DNA from: Octopus sinensis
Lineage: Eukaryota
DNA length: 64,000 nucleotides
Assembly (NCBI RefSeq): GCF_006345805.1
Contig: NC_043001.1
Coordinates: forward strand, 108,748,001 to 108,812,000
Direction of reading: 5' to 3'
In this document: positions 41,460-56,180 of the stretch, in pieces
How the letters are laid out: each line of letters starts with the position of its first letter
Position numbering within the stretch: the first letter of the stretch is position 1
The notes under the pieces: model-generated
Databases searched by the model: none
What the model saw: the letters and a program-made list of their open reading frames with translations, nothing else
What the model was told of the DNA's origin: nothing
Translations under genes and position numbers: made by a program

Positions 41460-44365
41460 TATTAGAAGCAGAAGCTTCAGAAGTCCAAAGTGAGCTGTGA
41501 GGCCTGTATTATATACACAGTCTCCACCAGTCTCCACCAGTTGTGTCACTTAATGTGGTAAACCCTAGCAAGAACAGGACGGTCTTTCACTTTTACTGAT
41601 AAAATTGTATTAACATCCTGATATTCTGCTTCGCTTGGTTATGGTATTAATCTACGATAAACACCGTTTATCATAGAAACTGTTAAAGATACTCGCAGCT
41701 AATGCAGTTTATAACAAAACATTATGATTTGGCTATAATTCTAAATGGACTATTTAATTTTAAATTAATTTATTATGTTTGATGCATCACCTGAGTACAA
41801 TAATGCATTCTATCAGTGACATTTTAAAATTACGCATGAATGTTTAAAATGAACGTGCAATGACTTCATTGTAAACTGTTAATTTTCCCATTTTCCAAAA
41901 AAAAAAAAAAAAAATTAATAACTTGTTTTAATTCATGATCCAATAAAAAGCAAAACGAACCTGAAACTAAAATATAATTGTGTAATTCCTTGGTGATTGA
42001 AAAAATGCATAAATAATTCAAATGCATAAATAATTCAAATGCATTTCGTACATAAAACACGCCCACACAAGCAAACCCACCTACACGCACGCACGCGCGC
42101 GCACACACACACGCACGCGCGCTCACACACACACGCACACACACACACTAACACATGTACGCAGCAAATACACGCACATACATCCATACACATGTGTATG
42201 CACGTGTATGTGTGTGTATATGTAGTTTATGAAAACAATTCTTTTTATCGCGTCTAAAGTTTCACGAAATAGTAATCTTCAGGCGAGAACTGTCTTTCTT
42301 TTGTACTCGGTTCATTCTTTTATCTATGGCTGTCGTTCAAGTTGGATGGTTTCTTATGTTGTTGTTGTTTTTTTTTGCGTGGTTGTCTCTGGTTGCTTTC
42401 ATTTTATTTGCCGATAAGTTGGTTGGTTGTTATTAATCAGCTTCACTATCAGTTTTTTTTGTACAGAATTTGTCAGAATCTGTTATCTTGAACTAGTTTT
42501 CCTGATATGACTTTGTATATGGTTTTCTATTAATCAAATCTGTAGTCAATCAGTCATTCTTATCACTTACATCCTGTTTTGCTAATCTGTATCACTATTC
42601 CTACCGTTGTTTATATGTTCAACGCTCATTTATATAAGCTGACTCAGTAGTTCGCCTATATGCGTCTTTTGATTACACCACTTTGCTAAAACTGTTGCTC
42701 TGTCTACTTTCGAAATTCTTATTTCATAACTGAAATCGCTGAAAGTGATTTTGATATATTCTGTGGATTATTTGCATTTTATAGGGGATGACTCTCAACT
42801 ATGGTTTTCTCCATAGCTTAATTTCTTATTTCTTTATTGCCCTCAAGGGGCTAAATATAGAGGGGACAAACAAGGACAAACAAACGGATTAATTCGATTA
42901 CATCGACCACAGTGCGAAACTGGTACTTAATTTATCGATCCCGAAAGGATGAAAGGCAAAGTAGACCACGGCGGAATTTGAACTCAAAACGTAAAGACAG
43001 ACGAAATACCGCTAAGCATTTCGCCCGGAGTGCTAACGTTTCTTATTTCTTTACTGCCCACAGAGGGGACAAACAAGGACAGACAAACCGATTAAGTCGA
43101 TTACATCGATCCCAGTGCGTAACTGGTAATTATTTAATCGACTCCGAAAGGATGAAAGGCAAAGTCGACCTCGGCGGAATTTGAACTCAAAACGTAGTGG
43201 CAGGCGAAATACCACTAAGCATTTCGCCCGGCGTGCTAACGTTTCTGCCAGTTCGCCGCCTTACATTATGTGTATATTATGTTTGCAGAACGAAATGTGT
43301 GGTTCCTACCAGCAATTAAAGTGGTATTAGCGTTGGTATTTGGATGTGGTAGGGCCCGTCATAGTACTGCAGTTGATGAGAATAACTTTATAATTGTCCC
43401 AATTAATTTCGCATGCTCTTTTACTGCTCCTTGTCATTTAATTAATTCTTTCATTAAATCAAGGCTTTTTTTCTTTTTTCCGATATGATGTAATGAAAAT
43501 CTTGAAATTCTGTCAACTGCTCGAATCAATAAAAACAAATTTCTTTTCCTTTTGTTCTCTAAATTATTACATATTTTTATTACGTTTATATCATATTTTA
43601 AAATCCTATTTATTTTATAAATATTTATTATACATTTTTCTAATCGTTATTCTCTTATATTTGTGATTTGCTAAAAGTTATTCTCTATCGTCAATGTTAC
43701 TATTGTTACTTCGGTTAATTTCTGCATTTTGTTTGTTTCCTGGTTGATTTTTAATCGTTTCTTTAAGCACAAATTCCCAATCAAAAACTTGAATTTTTCT
43801 TCATTATCCACATAGCATTTCATGCCATGTTTGTTTGCACGAGGGGAACAGACGCATAAAAAAAATTTCCCTGTTGTAGCAGTAGTAGTAGTAGCAGCAG
43901 CAGCAGTAGTAGTAGTGGTTGTAGTAGTAGTAGTAGTAGTATTAGCAGCAGCAGTAGTAGTGGTTGTAGTAGTAGTATTCTTGTTTGGAGTTCTTGATTT
44001 TTACCTTTTCTATGTGTGAGTTTTTCCAATATATTCAATAATTAATTCTTCATTAAACTAAATTTTATCAAACCCACAAATTGACTTAACTCACACGCAA
44101 ACACGAATATGCATGAACGCGCTCACGCGCACACACACACACATATTTATACATACGTGCAATTGTATCCGTGGGTGAGTGGGAGAGGCTATAGTAGAAG
44201 ACAGTTGCCGGAAGTGGCACGCAGTGGGACTGAAACCGGAACCATGTAGTTGGGAAGCAAGCTCCTTACCACACAGCCACACCTGTGTATGTACGGAATT
44301 ATGATTCCATTATAATTCCGTAATCTAAACACTAATAAATAAATAAATATATATATATATATATA

Positions 44366-44713
44366 CTAGCACTATGACCCGGCGTTGCCGGGTCATAGTG
44401 CTAGTGCATGCATATACAGCTGCGTGCGTGCGCACATACTCGCGAGTACTGTCCAAATCTCCGAACAACCACATACAGCTAGCTAGCATTCAATTGGCGT
44501 ATCAAGTTTCGGGCATTTTGATTGGGTTTTGGATAGAAAATTCACAAAAAGTCACTTCTATTGATTTTTTAATGGCTTTGCGGGGTGACTGGGGAAATGT
44601 AAAGATGTGCACGACCATCCTTGGACGGTTTTGAATGACCATAGAAAGTGCGAGTCCTCTAACTGAAAAATTGTGGATTGTATAAAGGACACACACAGAC
44701 AGACATTTTGCCG

Positions 44714-44715
<2 letters not shown>
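44366..44715 (-). mobile_element. Non-autonomous Helitron-like element with a fold-back 3' end
   Basis: CTAG terminus at 44366-69 inside a 19-bp perfect hairpin. The opposite end has ACAGACAGAC next to (TA)n. Confidence 0.6.
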
Positions 44716-44790
<75 letters not shown>

Positions 44791-44945
44791 TTCTACAGCG
44801 TTCGCTATTTTACCCTCGTTCTGGTCTAACGATCCCCTATGTTTGTTTTTGTTCGGTTTCCTTGTATGTCTCCACTGTCCCGTTTTTGTTCCCAAATTTG
44901 ACCCTCCATAAATCCCCAATTTTTGCTTTGGTATTTATGGGAGTA

Positions 44946-45022
44946 ATTGTCTTCGAAGACTCATATTATCGTTCAATGCTCGAAATGAAGAGTAGAAAGA
45001 CAGCCGACAACTGACGGAGGGT
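44946..45022 (+). ncRNA. Degenerate copy 3 of the permuted hammerhead motif
   Basis: Reads UUGUCUU..CUCAU-A-UUAUCG..GCUC-GAAA-UGA..AAGACAG-C-CGACAA-CUGACGG-AGGG. The core has A9G and helix I has one mismatch. Confidence 0.4.
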
Positions 45023-45520
45023 CGTTCTTTGAGTTAATCGTCCTGTTATTATCAGTTCGAATACGCTTGAGGCACGTTTGAAATGGAGAACAAGCTACTC
45101 ACTGCATTTTGTCACGGAAAATATATCCCGCTTGTTGACAAATGGTGTGTATACCCTACCCAGACGAGATATATTTTCCGTGACAAAACGCAGTGAATAG
45201 CTTTTCAATGGTTCGAACGTTCCTGAGGCACATTCGGACTTATAATAACATTACAGTTTTACTTATCACTGCTTAGCGCTCTCCTTCTGTAACCAGACTT
45301 TAAGGTCACACAGTAGTTGGAGATATTCAATTACAAGTTCACCTCTGGAAACGGGTATTTCATTCATCATCCTTAAACAACACTTATTCAAGGACCTTTT
45401 GAGCGGGATGGGCTACTCGACTTGAAGAAAATTCTAATTGAGCCTCATCTTCAAGGTCATGCGCCGTTTATTTTAATAACAGATCACCATGTTGCGCACA
45501 TATGGTTGTGATGCATGTGC

Positions 45521-45890
45521 TGGAGGCGCAATGGCCCAGTGGTTAGGGCAGCGGACTCGCGGTTTCGATTCCCAGACCGGGCGTTGTGAGTGTTTATTGA
45601 GCGAAAACACCTAAAAGCTCCACGAGGCTCCGGCAGGGGATGGTGGTGATCCCTGCTGTACTCTTTCACCACAACTTTCTCTCACTCTTACTGCCTGTTT
45701 CTGTTGTTCCTGTATTTCAAGGGGCCGGCCTTGTCACTCTCTGTGTCACGCTGAATATCCCCGAGAACTACGTTAAGGGTGCACGTGTCTGTGGAGTGCT
45801 CAGCCACTTACACGTTAATTTCACGAGCAGGCTGTTCCGTTGATTCGGATCAACCGGAACTCTCATCGTCGTAACCAACGGAGTGCTTCC
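45521..45890 (+). mobile_element. SINE family C, full length
   Basis: Same head and tail as 15399-15786. Other C heads lie at about 7060-7262, 19618-19795, 38400-38589 and 39090-39273. Confidence 0.9.
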
Positions 45891-46507
45891 ATCCATATAA
45901 GACGAGTAGTCATGATGGATATATTGGGCTTCGTCACTTTGATAGCATGCATAAAAAAAAAATAATAAGCAATAAAGATGATGATAATGATGATAATGAA
46001 GATAGTTTCTCATTTAGGGATAAGGCCATCAATTCTAAGGCGGGACAGTTTGTCGATATTATTGGTTCGGAATCTTTCTTTTATCGATTCTAAGGGACGA
46101 AAGGCAAAGCTCATCTCGGCAGTATTTGAACTTAGATCCCAAATAGCCAAGAGGAATATCATAAAATATTTCTTCCGACTATGTAACGATTCTAAGGTCC
46201 AAAACATTTCCGACCTTAGAAGTTCGAAATGCGGTTTAGCGGGTGTTATATGGAATAAAAAAATCCCAGGTAAACTTAACAAAGATACAATATCTAACAA
46301 GGAACTCATGGACATACATAAGATAGTATGATTGAGATTAACAGAATCGTTGGTGGCTTACGTGAATCGCATAGTTGCAATTCATTTTAGATATTAATGA
46401 TGCTCAGGCTACCTGGAGATGTAAGGAGCGGGAGAGTGAGCAAAAAAAATAGAGAAAAGAGACGAAGCCAAGTATATATGTATATATGTATAAATGTGTA
46501 TGCGTGT

Positions 46508-46552
<45 letters not shown>

Positions 46553-46749
46553 GAGAGGGGGAGAGAGATGGAGATAGAGACAGACATGTATAGGTGGCGC
46601 GCATGTGCTGCGGAAACTGTGAGAGCAGATAATTACTTTAACGCCAAAATCAACACAATTTCGAGTTGTCAAGTAATTGAGATTTTTGTTGAACGGAAAA
46701 CGCCGAAGGATTCATTTTTGCGCTTGCTTTTATTTTTTAAAGTTTTTGT

Positions 46750-46823
<74 letters not shown>

Positions 46824-46849
46824 TGATGATGATAATAATGATGATGATG

Positions 46850-46904
<55 letters not shown>

Positions 46905-48604
46905 CAATAAAAAAGAATAAAACAATGAGGCCATATTATTCTGAGCACCCTAAACTGATTTATTTTGTCCAATTTCCAAGAATGAAACTAACTTGCATCC
47001 AGAAGGCAACAGAATAAAGAAGTCGAAGAGAAAGCAAACTCTGTAAATTATAATAATAAACATTCGGTCTTTGTCTTTTAGTTCGTTAGAGAGGCAAATC
47101 AGTTTATGACCAATAAAAATACGTTGTTCTGTAAGCTTTTATCTTTGTCGTCGCTGAATACACATAAAAATACATGCGCACTCACAAATGCTGACTCTAA
47201 TTACAGTCTTTTATACACACATTTTCTCATGCACACACATGCAGGAATATACACTCATAGACACAATCTTATATTCAGAGACTCTCTTAACCTCTTCCCG
47301 CCAAAACACACATACATGCGCGCGCATATATAAACAAGAATTTCAGAGGTTTTGAGACTTTTTCTCTAATCTCTTCCAAAGTAGGACCCTCTGACATCAA
47401 TGTACATGTTGTAATCCTGCAGTCCCTTGGTGAAAACCCCAATATTTCTGAACTGTGTCTTAGATTGAAATTTATTCTCATATAACTCATTATAACTCAT
47501 TTTCCATCATTTTACTCCATCACCAAATTTTCAAGATGTTTATCTTGTTTCCATTTACGTACTTACTTGCTAATAAATATTTATATTACTGTGATCCTTG
47601 TCAATATATTATCTGGGTTGCGAACTCCTTTATGAGTTCATCTAAGTTTAATTCAGATGCAAAATTATCTTGTACACATTTCAGATAGTCAAAAAGACAT
47701 TGTTAACAATCTCAGCCCAGAAAAAAATATTTGGCTGTAATATTTCAAAGATTTATATAAGAAGAATTAAATCTGTTCTGTATAACATTTCCCTTTGAGC
47801 CTTTTGAACAATAATAAATATTGATGATGTATATAGTTCTTAGATCGACCCCGAAAGGATGAAAGGCAAAGTGGACCTCGGCGGAATTTGGACTCAGAAC
47901 GTAACGACAGACGAAATACCTATTTCTTTACTACCCACAAGGGGCTAAACACAGAGAGGACAAACAAGGACAGACACACAGATTAAGACGATTATAACGA
48001 CCCCAGTGCGTAACTGGTATTTATTTAATCGACCCCGAAAGGATGAAAGGCAAAGTGGACCTCGGCGGAATTTGAACTCAGAACGTAACGGCAGACGAAA
48101 TACAGCTACGCATTTCACCCGGCGTGCTAATAACTCTGCCACCTCACCGCCCTTCTTGTCGCCTTCTTTACTAAACGTTAGCATCAATGTCTACTGGGTG
48201 TTTAGTGATGATTGTGACACAGTTAACTTGTTCTTCCTTATTTCTAACTGCTGTGAATAATCGTGTGTTGCAGTTTAATTCAATGGTTTTGTAATGACCA
48301 AGTCACACAAGGTATGTAAGATATAATGCTTTATCTCAATTAGCGGAGAATGCAAAACCTTCGTTCTTTTCCGATTTAAAATCTCTGTTTTTATTATAAT
48401 ATTTTTGTTTCCAGAGTTTCATGACGCCGTCTTTCACAAAAATTTACACAGACACCCGTAAACAAAACTTGTATCTGAAATATACGAAGTCCATTTCGTC
48501 CCCCACCACTACCACCATTACCACCACCACCACCATCACCACCGCCACCACCACCACCACCACCACCACCACCACCACCACCACCACCGCCACCACCACC
48601 ACCA

Positions 48605-49205
48605 ATACCTATTTCTTTATTATTCCACAGGGGGCTAAACACAGAGGGGACAAACAAGGATAGACAAACGGATTAAGTCGATTAGATCGAGCCCAGTGCG
48701 TAACTGGTACTTAATTTATCGACCCCGAAAGGATGAAAGGCAAAGTCGACCTCGGCGGAATTTGAACTCAGAACGTAGCGGCAGACGAAATACCTATTTC
48801 TTTATTACCCACAAGGGGCTAAACACAGAGGGGACAAACAAGGACAGACATAGGTATTAAGTCGATTACATCGACCCCAGTGCGTAACTGGTACTTATTT
48901 ATCGACCCCGAAAGGATGAAAGGCCAAAGTCGACCTCGGCGGAATTTGAACTCAGAACGTAGCGGCAGACGAAATACCTATTTCTTTATTACCCACAAGG
49001 GGCTAAACACAGAGAGGACAAACAAGGACAGACATAGGTATTAAGTCGATTACATCGACCCCAGTGCGTAACTGGTACTTAATTTATCGACCCCGAAAGG
49101 ATGAAAGGCAAAGTCGACCTCGGCGGAATTTGAACTCACAACGTAACGCAGACGAAATACCGCTAAGCATTTCACCCGCCGTGCTAACGTTTCTGCCAGC
49201 TCACC
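48605..49205 (-). repeat. SINE family B, three units, flanked by (CCA)/(CCG) tracts
   Basis: Repeated unit with its head at about 49200. Confidence 0.85.
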
Positions 49206-50835
49206 ACCACCAATACCGCCGCCGTCGCCTCCACGACCCATAACGCCACCGCCGCTTCCACCTCCCCCGCTTCCACCTCCGCTGCTGCCGCCTCCGCCAC
49301 TGCCAGAGCGACCGCCGCTTCCCCCCCACCACCATTAGGCTCATGAATAATTTATAGCAAACCAAAAGTGCTCTCACATTTTATCATCCTTTAAAAGTTA
49401 TTTCACTATTTCCATCTTTCTTATAAATGTTTTAAAGTTATTTCACTATTAACTTCGATTTTTTTCTTGTAAACGTTTCCAAAGGATAAGTGATTTGATC
49501 TAATTTATTTCACTATTTATTTACTCCGATCTTATAAATATTTAAACGTAATTTCAATAATTTTTGGTTTCCTTCTTTACGGGAGCCATTTAAGCCAGAT
49601 GCAGACCATTTTTCAGTGAGTTATGGTTTCAATGAGTGAACAGACCCAAGTTCTGTTGCTGTTACATAGTTCCAGGTCCTGATGAAGCAAACTTATATCG
49701 ACTCCAGTGCGCAACTGGTACTTATTTAATCGACCCCGAAAGGATGAAAGGCAAAATCGACCTCGGCGGAATTTGAACTCAGAACGTAGCGGCTAACGAA
49801 ATACCTATTTCTTTACTGCCCACAAGGGGCTAAACACAGAGGGGACAAACAAGGACAGACAAACGGATTAAGTTGATTACATCGACCCCAGTACGTAACT
49901 GGTACTTAATTCTTAAAGTTTTAGCGATGGTTTGAGATCATCTTTAACGACCCCGAAAGGATGAAAGGCAAAGTCGACCTCGGCGGAATTTGAACTCGAA
50001 ATACCACGAAGCATTTCGCCCGGCGTGCTAACGTTTCTGCCAGCTCGCCGCCTTAGAGCTTGAACACATGTTCTTTTCTACTCTAAACACAAGGCCCCAA
50101 ATTTTTGGGGAGAGGTCCAGTTGATTAGATCGACTCCAGTGCGCAACTGGTACTTAATTTATTGACTCCGAAAGGATGAATGACAAAGTCGACCCCGGTG
50201 GAATTTGAACTCAGGACGTAAAGACAGACGAAATACTGCTAAGCATTTCGCCCGACATGCTAACTATTCTATCAGCTTGCCAACTTTGCATGCGCATATA
50301 CTGGCAGCAGTACCTGCTTCCGTTCGCGTCATAAATGCCTGAAATAACATTTTGACGTCACTTCATCTTATTTTCGTTAAATTGCTTTTAAAACAAACTA
50401 ACAATTTTTAGTTGATCCAGGAATGTTGATTCACTAAGAAATTATACATTCAATCGATTCAAAAGTAAGTTCAAGTTTAGCTTTAAAAAATGCACAAATA
50501 AATAGACAAATAGAAAATTTCAAAGTAATAGTTAAATTCTAACGTTCAATATCTTTTATTTTTGGATACACGAGCTTTTAATCAAACTATCGTTCTATTT
50601 TACAAAATTACTTGAAATGAAATATTTTTTCTTCCTGGTAACTGATATTTTTCATTATTAATAAACTTAAGATTTTTCATTGAAGATAAAATTACTTTTT
50701 ATTAGAAAGAATCAGAAGTCACTTAACGTACAAGCTTCTTCAAAAGTTGCTCTGCTATGCTAAATTACAGCTATCAGCTAAAATTTAGCATAGCAGAGCA
50801 ATCAGTCGGAGTGTTCACTCAGTCAATCACTCACA

Positions 50836-50923
50836 CGTCCGTCCGTCCGTCCGTCCGTCCGTCCGTCCGTCCGTCCGTCCGTCCGTCCGTCCATCCGTCC
50901 ATCCATCCATCCATCCATCCATC

Positions 50924-50967
<44 letters not shown>

Positions 50968-50968
50968 C
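50836..50968. repeat. Compound (TCCG)(TCCA)(GGCA) microsatellite
   Basis: Seen directly. Confidence 0.95.
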
Positions 50969-51618
50969 TGAAAACAAGACATACAAACTCAGAGGTGAAG
51001 AGAAAGACACAGACACACCTATGTGCTTGAAAAAAAGTAACATTTGGAAATTTGTGAAGGAAAATTCAAAGCTCCGAAAGATAACGGAACTATACTTCAC
51101 AAAAAAGTCCTCAACCAAAATTAACATAACTATATATTTTTTTGAAATTCCGCCTATCAGAATTCTATATGAATTTGCTTGTATGTTAAAGATGATCTCA
51201 AACCATCGCTAAAACTTTTTTACCACATGGTTGTTGGACCTTGCAAAACACTCCAGATTCCGAGATTCTATAAGAATAGCTGTTTTCCATTTTCTGTACT
51301 TGGCTTTCTTACTCCTTTAGAAAATTCTAGGCTATATTCAAAACAAAACAGCCAACCAGGAATAGATGAATTTGGAAATATAATTGTGACAGCATTGTGT
51401 ATTGCTATTTAAAAAATTCCATTTTCCTGACTGAAGGACAAATACTCGGCGAAAAATCAATTGTGGCTAAAATGACAAAAACTTTTCAAATATATTTAAC
51501 CGAAGAGATGAATCTTTAATTATAGCGATAAATTATTTAAAAAAAAATAATGTGTGGCGTGTATATGTGTGCACAAATATGAACATATACATATATAGAT
51601 GTCTTTGAGTGTGCTTGC

Positions 51619-51737
<119 letters not shown>

Positions 51738-52256
51738 GCTGTATGTCTCTGTGTGTGTGTATGTATGTATAAATATATATATATATGTATGTATATATAA
51801 TTGCTATGTGAGTGTAAAGTGAACTAAAAAATCACTCTTTGGAAAACAACTAGAATTTCAATCAAAAAAAGTTGACCACATCCATACAACTATTCTTTTA
51901 TGAATACAAAAGAACAAGACCTGTAAATGCAATTATAATTTCTACTGAAGAAAGTAAAAAACAACATCTGGTTTTTCAAGTAAAACCTTGACCAATTCAA
52001 ATACAAAAATTCCTTCCCCCACCTTAAACGCCTTTTTACTTCCCTCCTTCTAAAAAAAAAAAATTTTCTTCTTCTTTCTTCTCCCTTGCTTGGCAAACCC
52101 CACAAAATTCTTTATATATAAAAAGGCCAAGAAACCACTTTTTGATAAATCTGATAACGGAAGAAAGCGCTAAAAAATGGAGATAAAATGTAAATAAAAT
52201 ATATATATATAATCATCCAACATTCTGACTACCTTATTATTCTAAATATATATATG

Positions 52257-52295
<39 letters not shown>

Positions 52296-52296
52296 T

Positions 52297-52346
<50 letters not shown>

Positions 52347-52366
52347 TATATATATATATATATATC

Positions 52367-52497
<131 letters not shown>

Positions 52498-52640
52498 ATG
52501 TATATATATATTCAATGTAGGATAAAATCTTTTTAAAAAAAAAATTTTTTATCAATAGCCAGCATATTAAAAAATACCTTTAAAGGTTAAAATTATAAAC
52601 AACTTATAAATAAGGGCAAACGTTTGCCCTTATTTATAAG

Positions 52641-52675
<35 letters not shown>

Positions 52676-53451
52676 TATACGTGTATGTGTGTGTATATAA
52701 ATATCTGTGAATAAATTTTAAAATTTATTCATTTTAGTTGACTATCGTATCAAGCATGATTGTTTTGCGTGATATATGTTCAATAATTAAATTGTATAAT
52801 ATGCATTTTATTGTGCTGTTTCATATGAGCATGATTCCCTGGTGGGAAAATTGTCTTGCCTGAGATCATGCACCGCGGACCAATTGAGAAATCAAGAGTG
52901 CGTATCCGATTGACTACCATCGGCACCACATGGCATTTGTGCAAAAGGATCTTACATCGGAAACGACACAGTGGTCTCGAACAGAGATGGAAACGACGTC
53001 CTACTTAAACAAACTGCAACACTTTAACGTAAACAAATAAGTCCTAACCCACAACACTGTGTCCAAAATATAACGAACTGGGTGTGAGATGGGTCTGGGG
53101 AGCAAGTGTTTTATATACTGAATGGTGATAGTGTTGTTCAGTGGATCCATAACGATCGAATTCGTTAAGACAGAAAGCTAATCGCGACGTCTGCCTACTG
53201 CTTTAACAAATAGCAGGTTACATTTACAAAAATATCAGATCACTGAGGGCAGCTAGCGCATTTCAATTAATAAATGAGATTGTTATTCAGAATTTGACAT
53301 CAATTAGCAATTCTGTAAACATCGCCTTCGTTGAAATAAAGTAGTAAATTAAGAGACACGAACAAAATGAAAAGAAAGGTCTTCTTTCAGTCTACTAATT
53401 AATAACTATGACTCGGGCCATAAACATAATCAAATTATACACATACACACA

Positions 53452-53514
<63 letters not shown>

Positions 53515-53531
53515 ACAGACACACACACACA

Positions 53532-53568
<37 letters not shown>

Positions 53569-53825
53569 ACACACAGAGACACACAGACACACACACACAC
53601 ACACACGTTCAGACATAAACCGGTGTATGTATATCGATATGTATGTATGTAAACACACACACTCACACATATATGCATTCTTTGTTACATACATACGCAC
53701 AAACAGGTATAGACGTAAACAGTTATATGTATATCTATGTGCATGTATATATATGTATGCACACATTCACATGCGCATGTATATTATATATATATATATA
53801 TAATATATATATATATTATTATATA

Positions 53826-53863
<38 letters not shown>

Positions 53864-54013
53864 GTATATATATATATATATATAATATATGTATATATAT
53901 ATATACATATATATATATATTATATATATATATTATATATATTATGTATATATATAACATATATTATATACATATATATATAATGTATATATATATATAT
54001 ATATAATATAATG

Positions 54014-54061
<48 letters not shown>

Positions 54062-54359
54062 ATAATATATATATATATATTATATATATATATATATATA
54101 AAGGGTGTCTGGTCGTGCAAAAGAGTGCTTTTAGCATTTAGAAATATAGAAACACAGACATTCTCTCAACCCCCACCACATATGTATGTCCTTATTACAC
54201 TTGCATAAGTGTATATATATTTAATACGTAAGAACATGTAATATATATCTATACATGGTAATATATGTATAAATTCAGACACATTCGTATGTATATACCA
54301 ATAGACAGAAATAATATATACTTATACAACACATATATTTATTCATATTCTGTTTGACC

Positions 54360-54478
54360 TCACTTTGCGAGGACCCGAATTTATGAGCTTTTACGAATTT
54401 TATTTTCTGTTTATGAGTTTCGCTTTACGAGCGTTCTCTGGAAACGAGTTAACTCGTATTTCGAGGCCTTACTGTATC
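54360..54478. mobile_element. pogo/Tigger-like MITE end
   Basis: Ends CTCGTATTTCGAGGCCTTACTG|TA. Confidence 0.45.
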
Positions 54479-55870
54479 TCTCTTTTGAAGTTTCCTACCT
54501 CGGGACATCGGTAATTATGGGCCTGTACTCCCTGCCAAAGTATGGAAATTCATGACTTTTCTTGGGAAAGATACTGCTGTGGTTTTCCCTTGTTTTCTAC
54601 TGTCTTATTTACAATTTCCCTTGCTAGTCTCCTACTCTTCTGAGATTACACTTCAAGCACAAAACCATTTTAGTCTTTATACATAGGCTAATTAACGTGA
54701 CATCAGAAAAAAGGTGCATGCACTTGTGGGTTTGCATGTCACATGTCTAGTAGAGGTAGTCCTCTATCGGGCTCTGTATGCCTTAGTCACAGGGATATCA
54801 TCTGATAGTTGATCCCTAACTGAAACCTTTCTTGGGTATAGCCACTCCAAACCAGAGCGGAACCAGGAACAGAGGCGAGCAAGACGTAATTTCATACATC
54901 ATAAAACTTCACAAATAGAGCATCAAAACCGGACGCAATTCAATGTTTTACTTTCAATCACTTTATACATACACACATACATACATACATACATACATAC
55001 ATACATACATACATACATACATACATACATACATACATACATACATCTGTACGTACATACATACATACATACATACATACACAAACGCACACACACACAC
55101 TCCTTCACACACATACGCATAAAAACACATCCTACTGTATCTCTCTTTTATGGACTCTAAAAGCAACCCAACGGATTGGAAATGGCACATCTAGATATAT
55201 CTGATCATAAAGTTTTACAAGCATGACAGAATTCTGAACAATAACCCAACTCCAACTTTCATCAATAAAACCCTTCCATGATATCTTTCCATCAGAACTT
55301 AAACTGCAAAGTATTTACAATTCAATAGAGCTACACCTACCACAGAAAAATAAACTTACCAGGAACTACATGAAACAAAGATGAACTCAAATGTACCGAA
55401 AACCGATGAAAGCCAGCAGGCTGAAAATCCGAAATCACTATCAATAATATACTTGTAAAACAAGAAGAGATATCTACTCTGCAAAAGTTATTGAGTAATC
55501 TTTCAGTTGACTGTAAAATTGCGTTTCCTATAAGTTGACATGAAAAACAAACATTGATATATACTGTTGTGCCAGGGAAGAGTCATTTTCTTTTTGTGCC
55601 TTATAATTTAACACACTCACCGGTAAAATTTCTGCTTGTTTCTTATTTCTAATTTCCTAAAATTTTCGTGGGTGTCTTGCGTCTAAACGATAACTGTTTT
55701 CTGCAAAGAATGCTTTTTTAAAAACACAAGAACGCCGGTGAAAGTTGAAGAAATATTCATCTTAAAAAAATTATGCAAAGAACAGTTATCGTTTAGAGAA
55801 AGTGAAGACATGTCTAGTTCACGTTAGATGTGAAACCAATGGGTTTTTTTTACTAAAACTGTCACTTTAC

Positions 55871-55970
55871 NNNNNNNNNNNNNNNNNNNNNNNNNNNNNN
55901 NNNNNNNNNNNNNNNNNNNNNNNNNNNNNNNNNNNNNNNNNNNNNNNNNNNNNNNNNNNNNNNNNNNNNN
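55871..55970. other. Assembly gap (100 N)
   Basis: Run of n characters. Confidence 1.
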
Positions 55971-56180
55971 AAGCAGCATGTTGATTGGTGGGAAAGGGAA
56001 TTAAGTTAAGTGTACATGTATCTGTGGAGTACGCAGCCACTTACACGTTAATTCAAAGAACTGAGTTGAATGAAAAACTGATTCCTCATGGGAAAGATCA
56101 ATTCCATATGTGACTTCGTGAGCACCGCCAGCAATTTTTTTTCCTCTGTCTTCCCTTCTCGGGATCTTTCCTTGTCCTTT

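Noticed and set aside
42248-42285. Hammerhead-like motif on the minus strand (UCGC-CUGAAGA..GAAAC..GCGA)
   Set aside because: Helix II does not pair at its base and U16.1 is missing; at best a dead remnant.
45521-45600. tRNA-like sequences at SINE heads
   Set aside because: They are SINE promoters, with no complete cloverleaf or acceptor stem.
47380-47800. Possible hAT transposase C-terminus (ELNLDELIKEFAT, minus strand)
   Set aside because: Too decayed to call.
52850-53250. Unique-looking moderate-GC segment
   Set aside because: The frames I translated are short and match no family I recognise.
55682-55798. Inverted repeat of about 24 bp near the gap
   Set aside because: Probably an ordinary MITE fragment, and truncated by the nearby gap.
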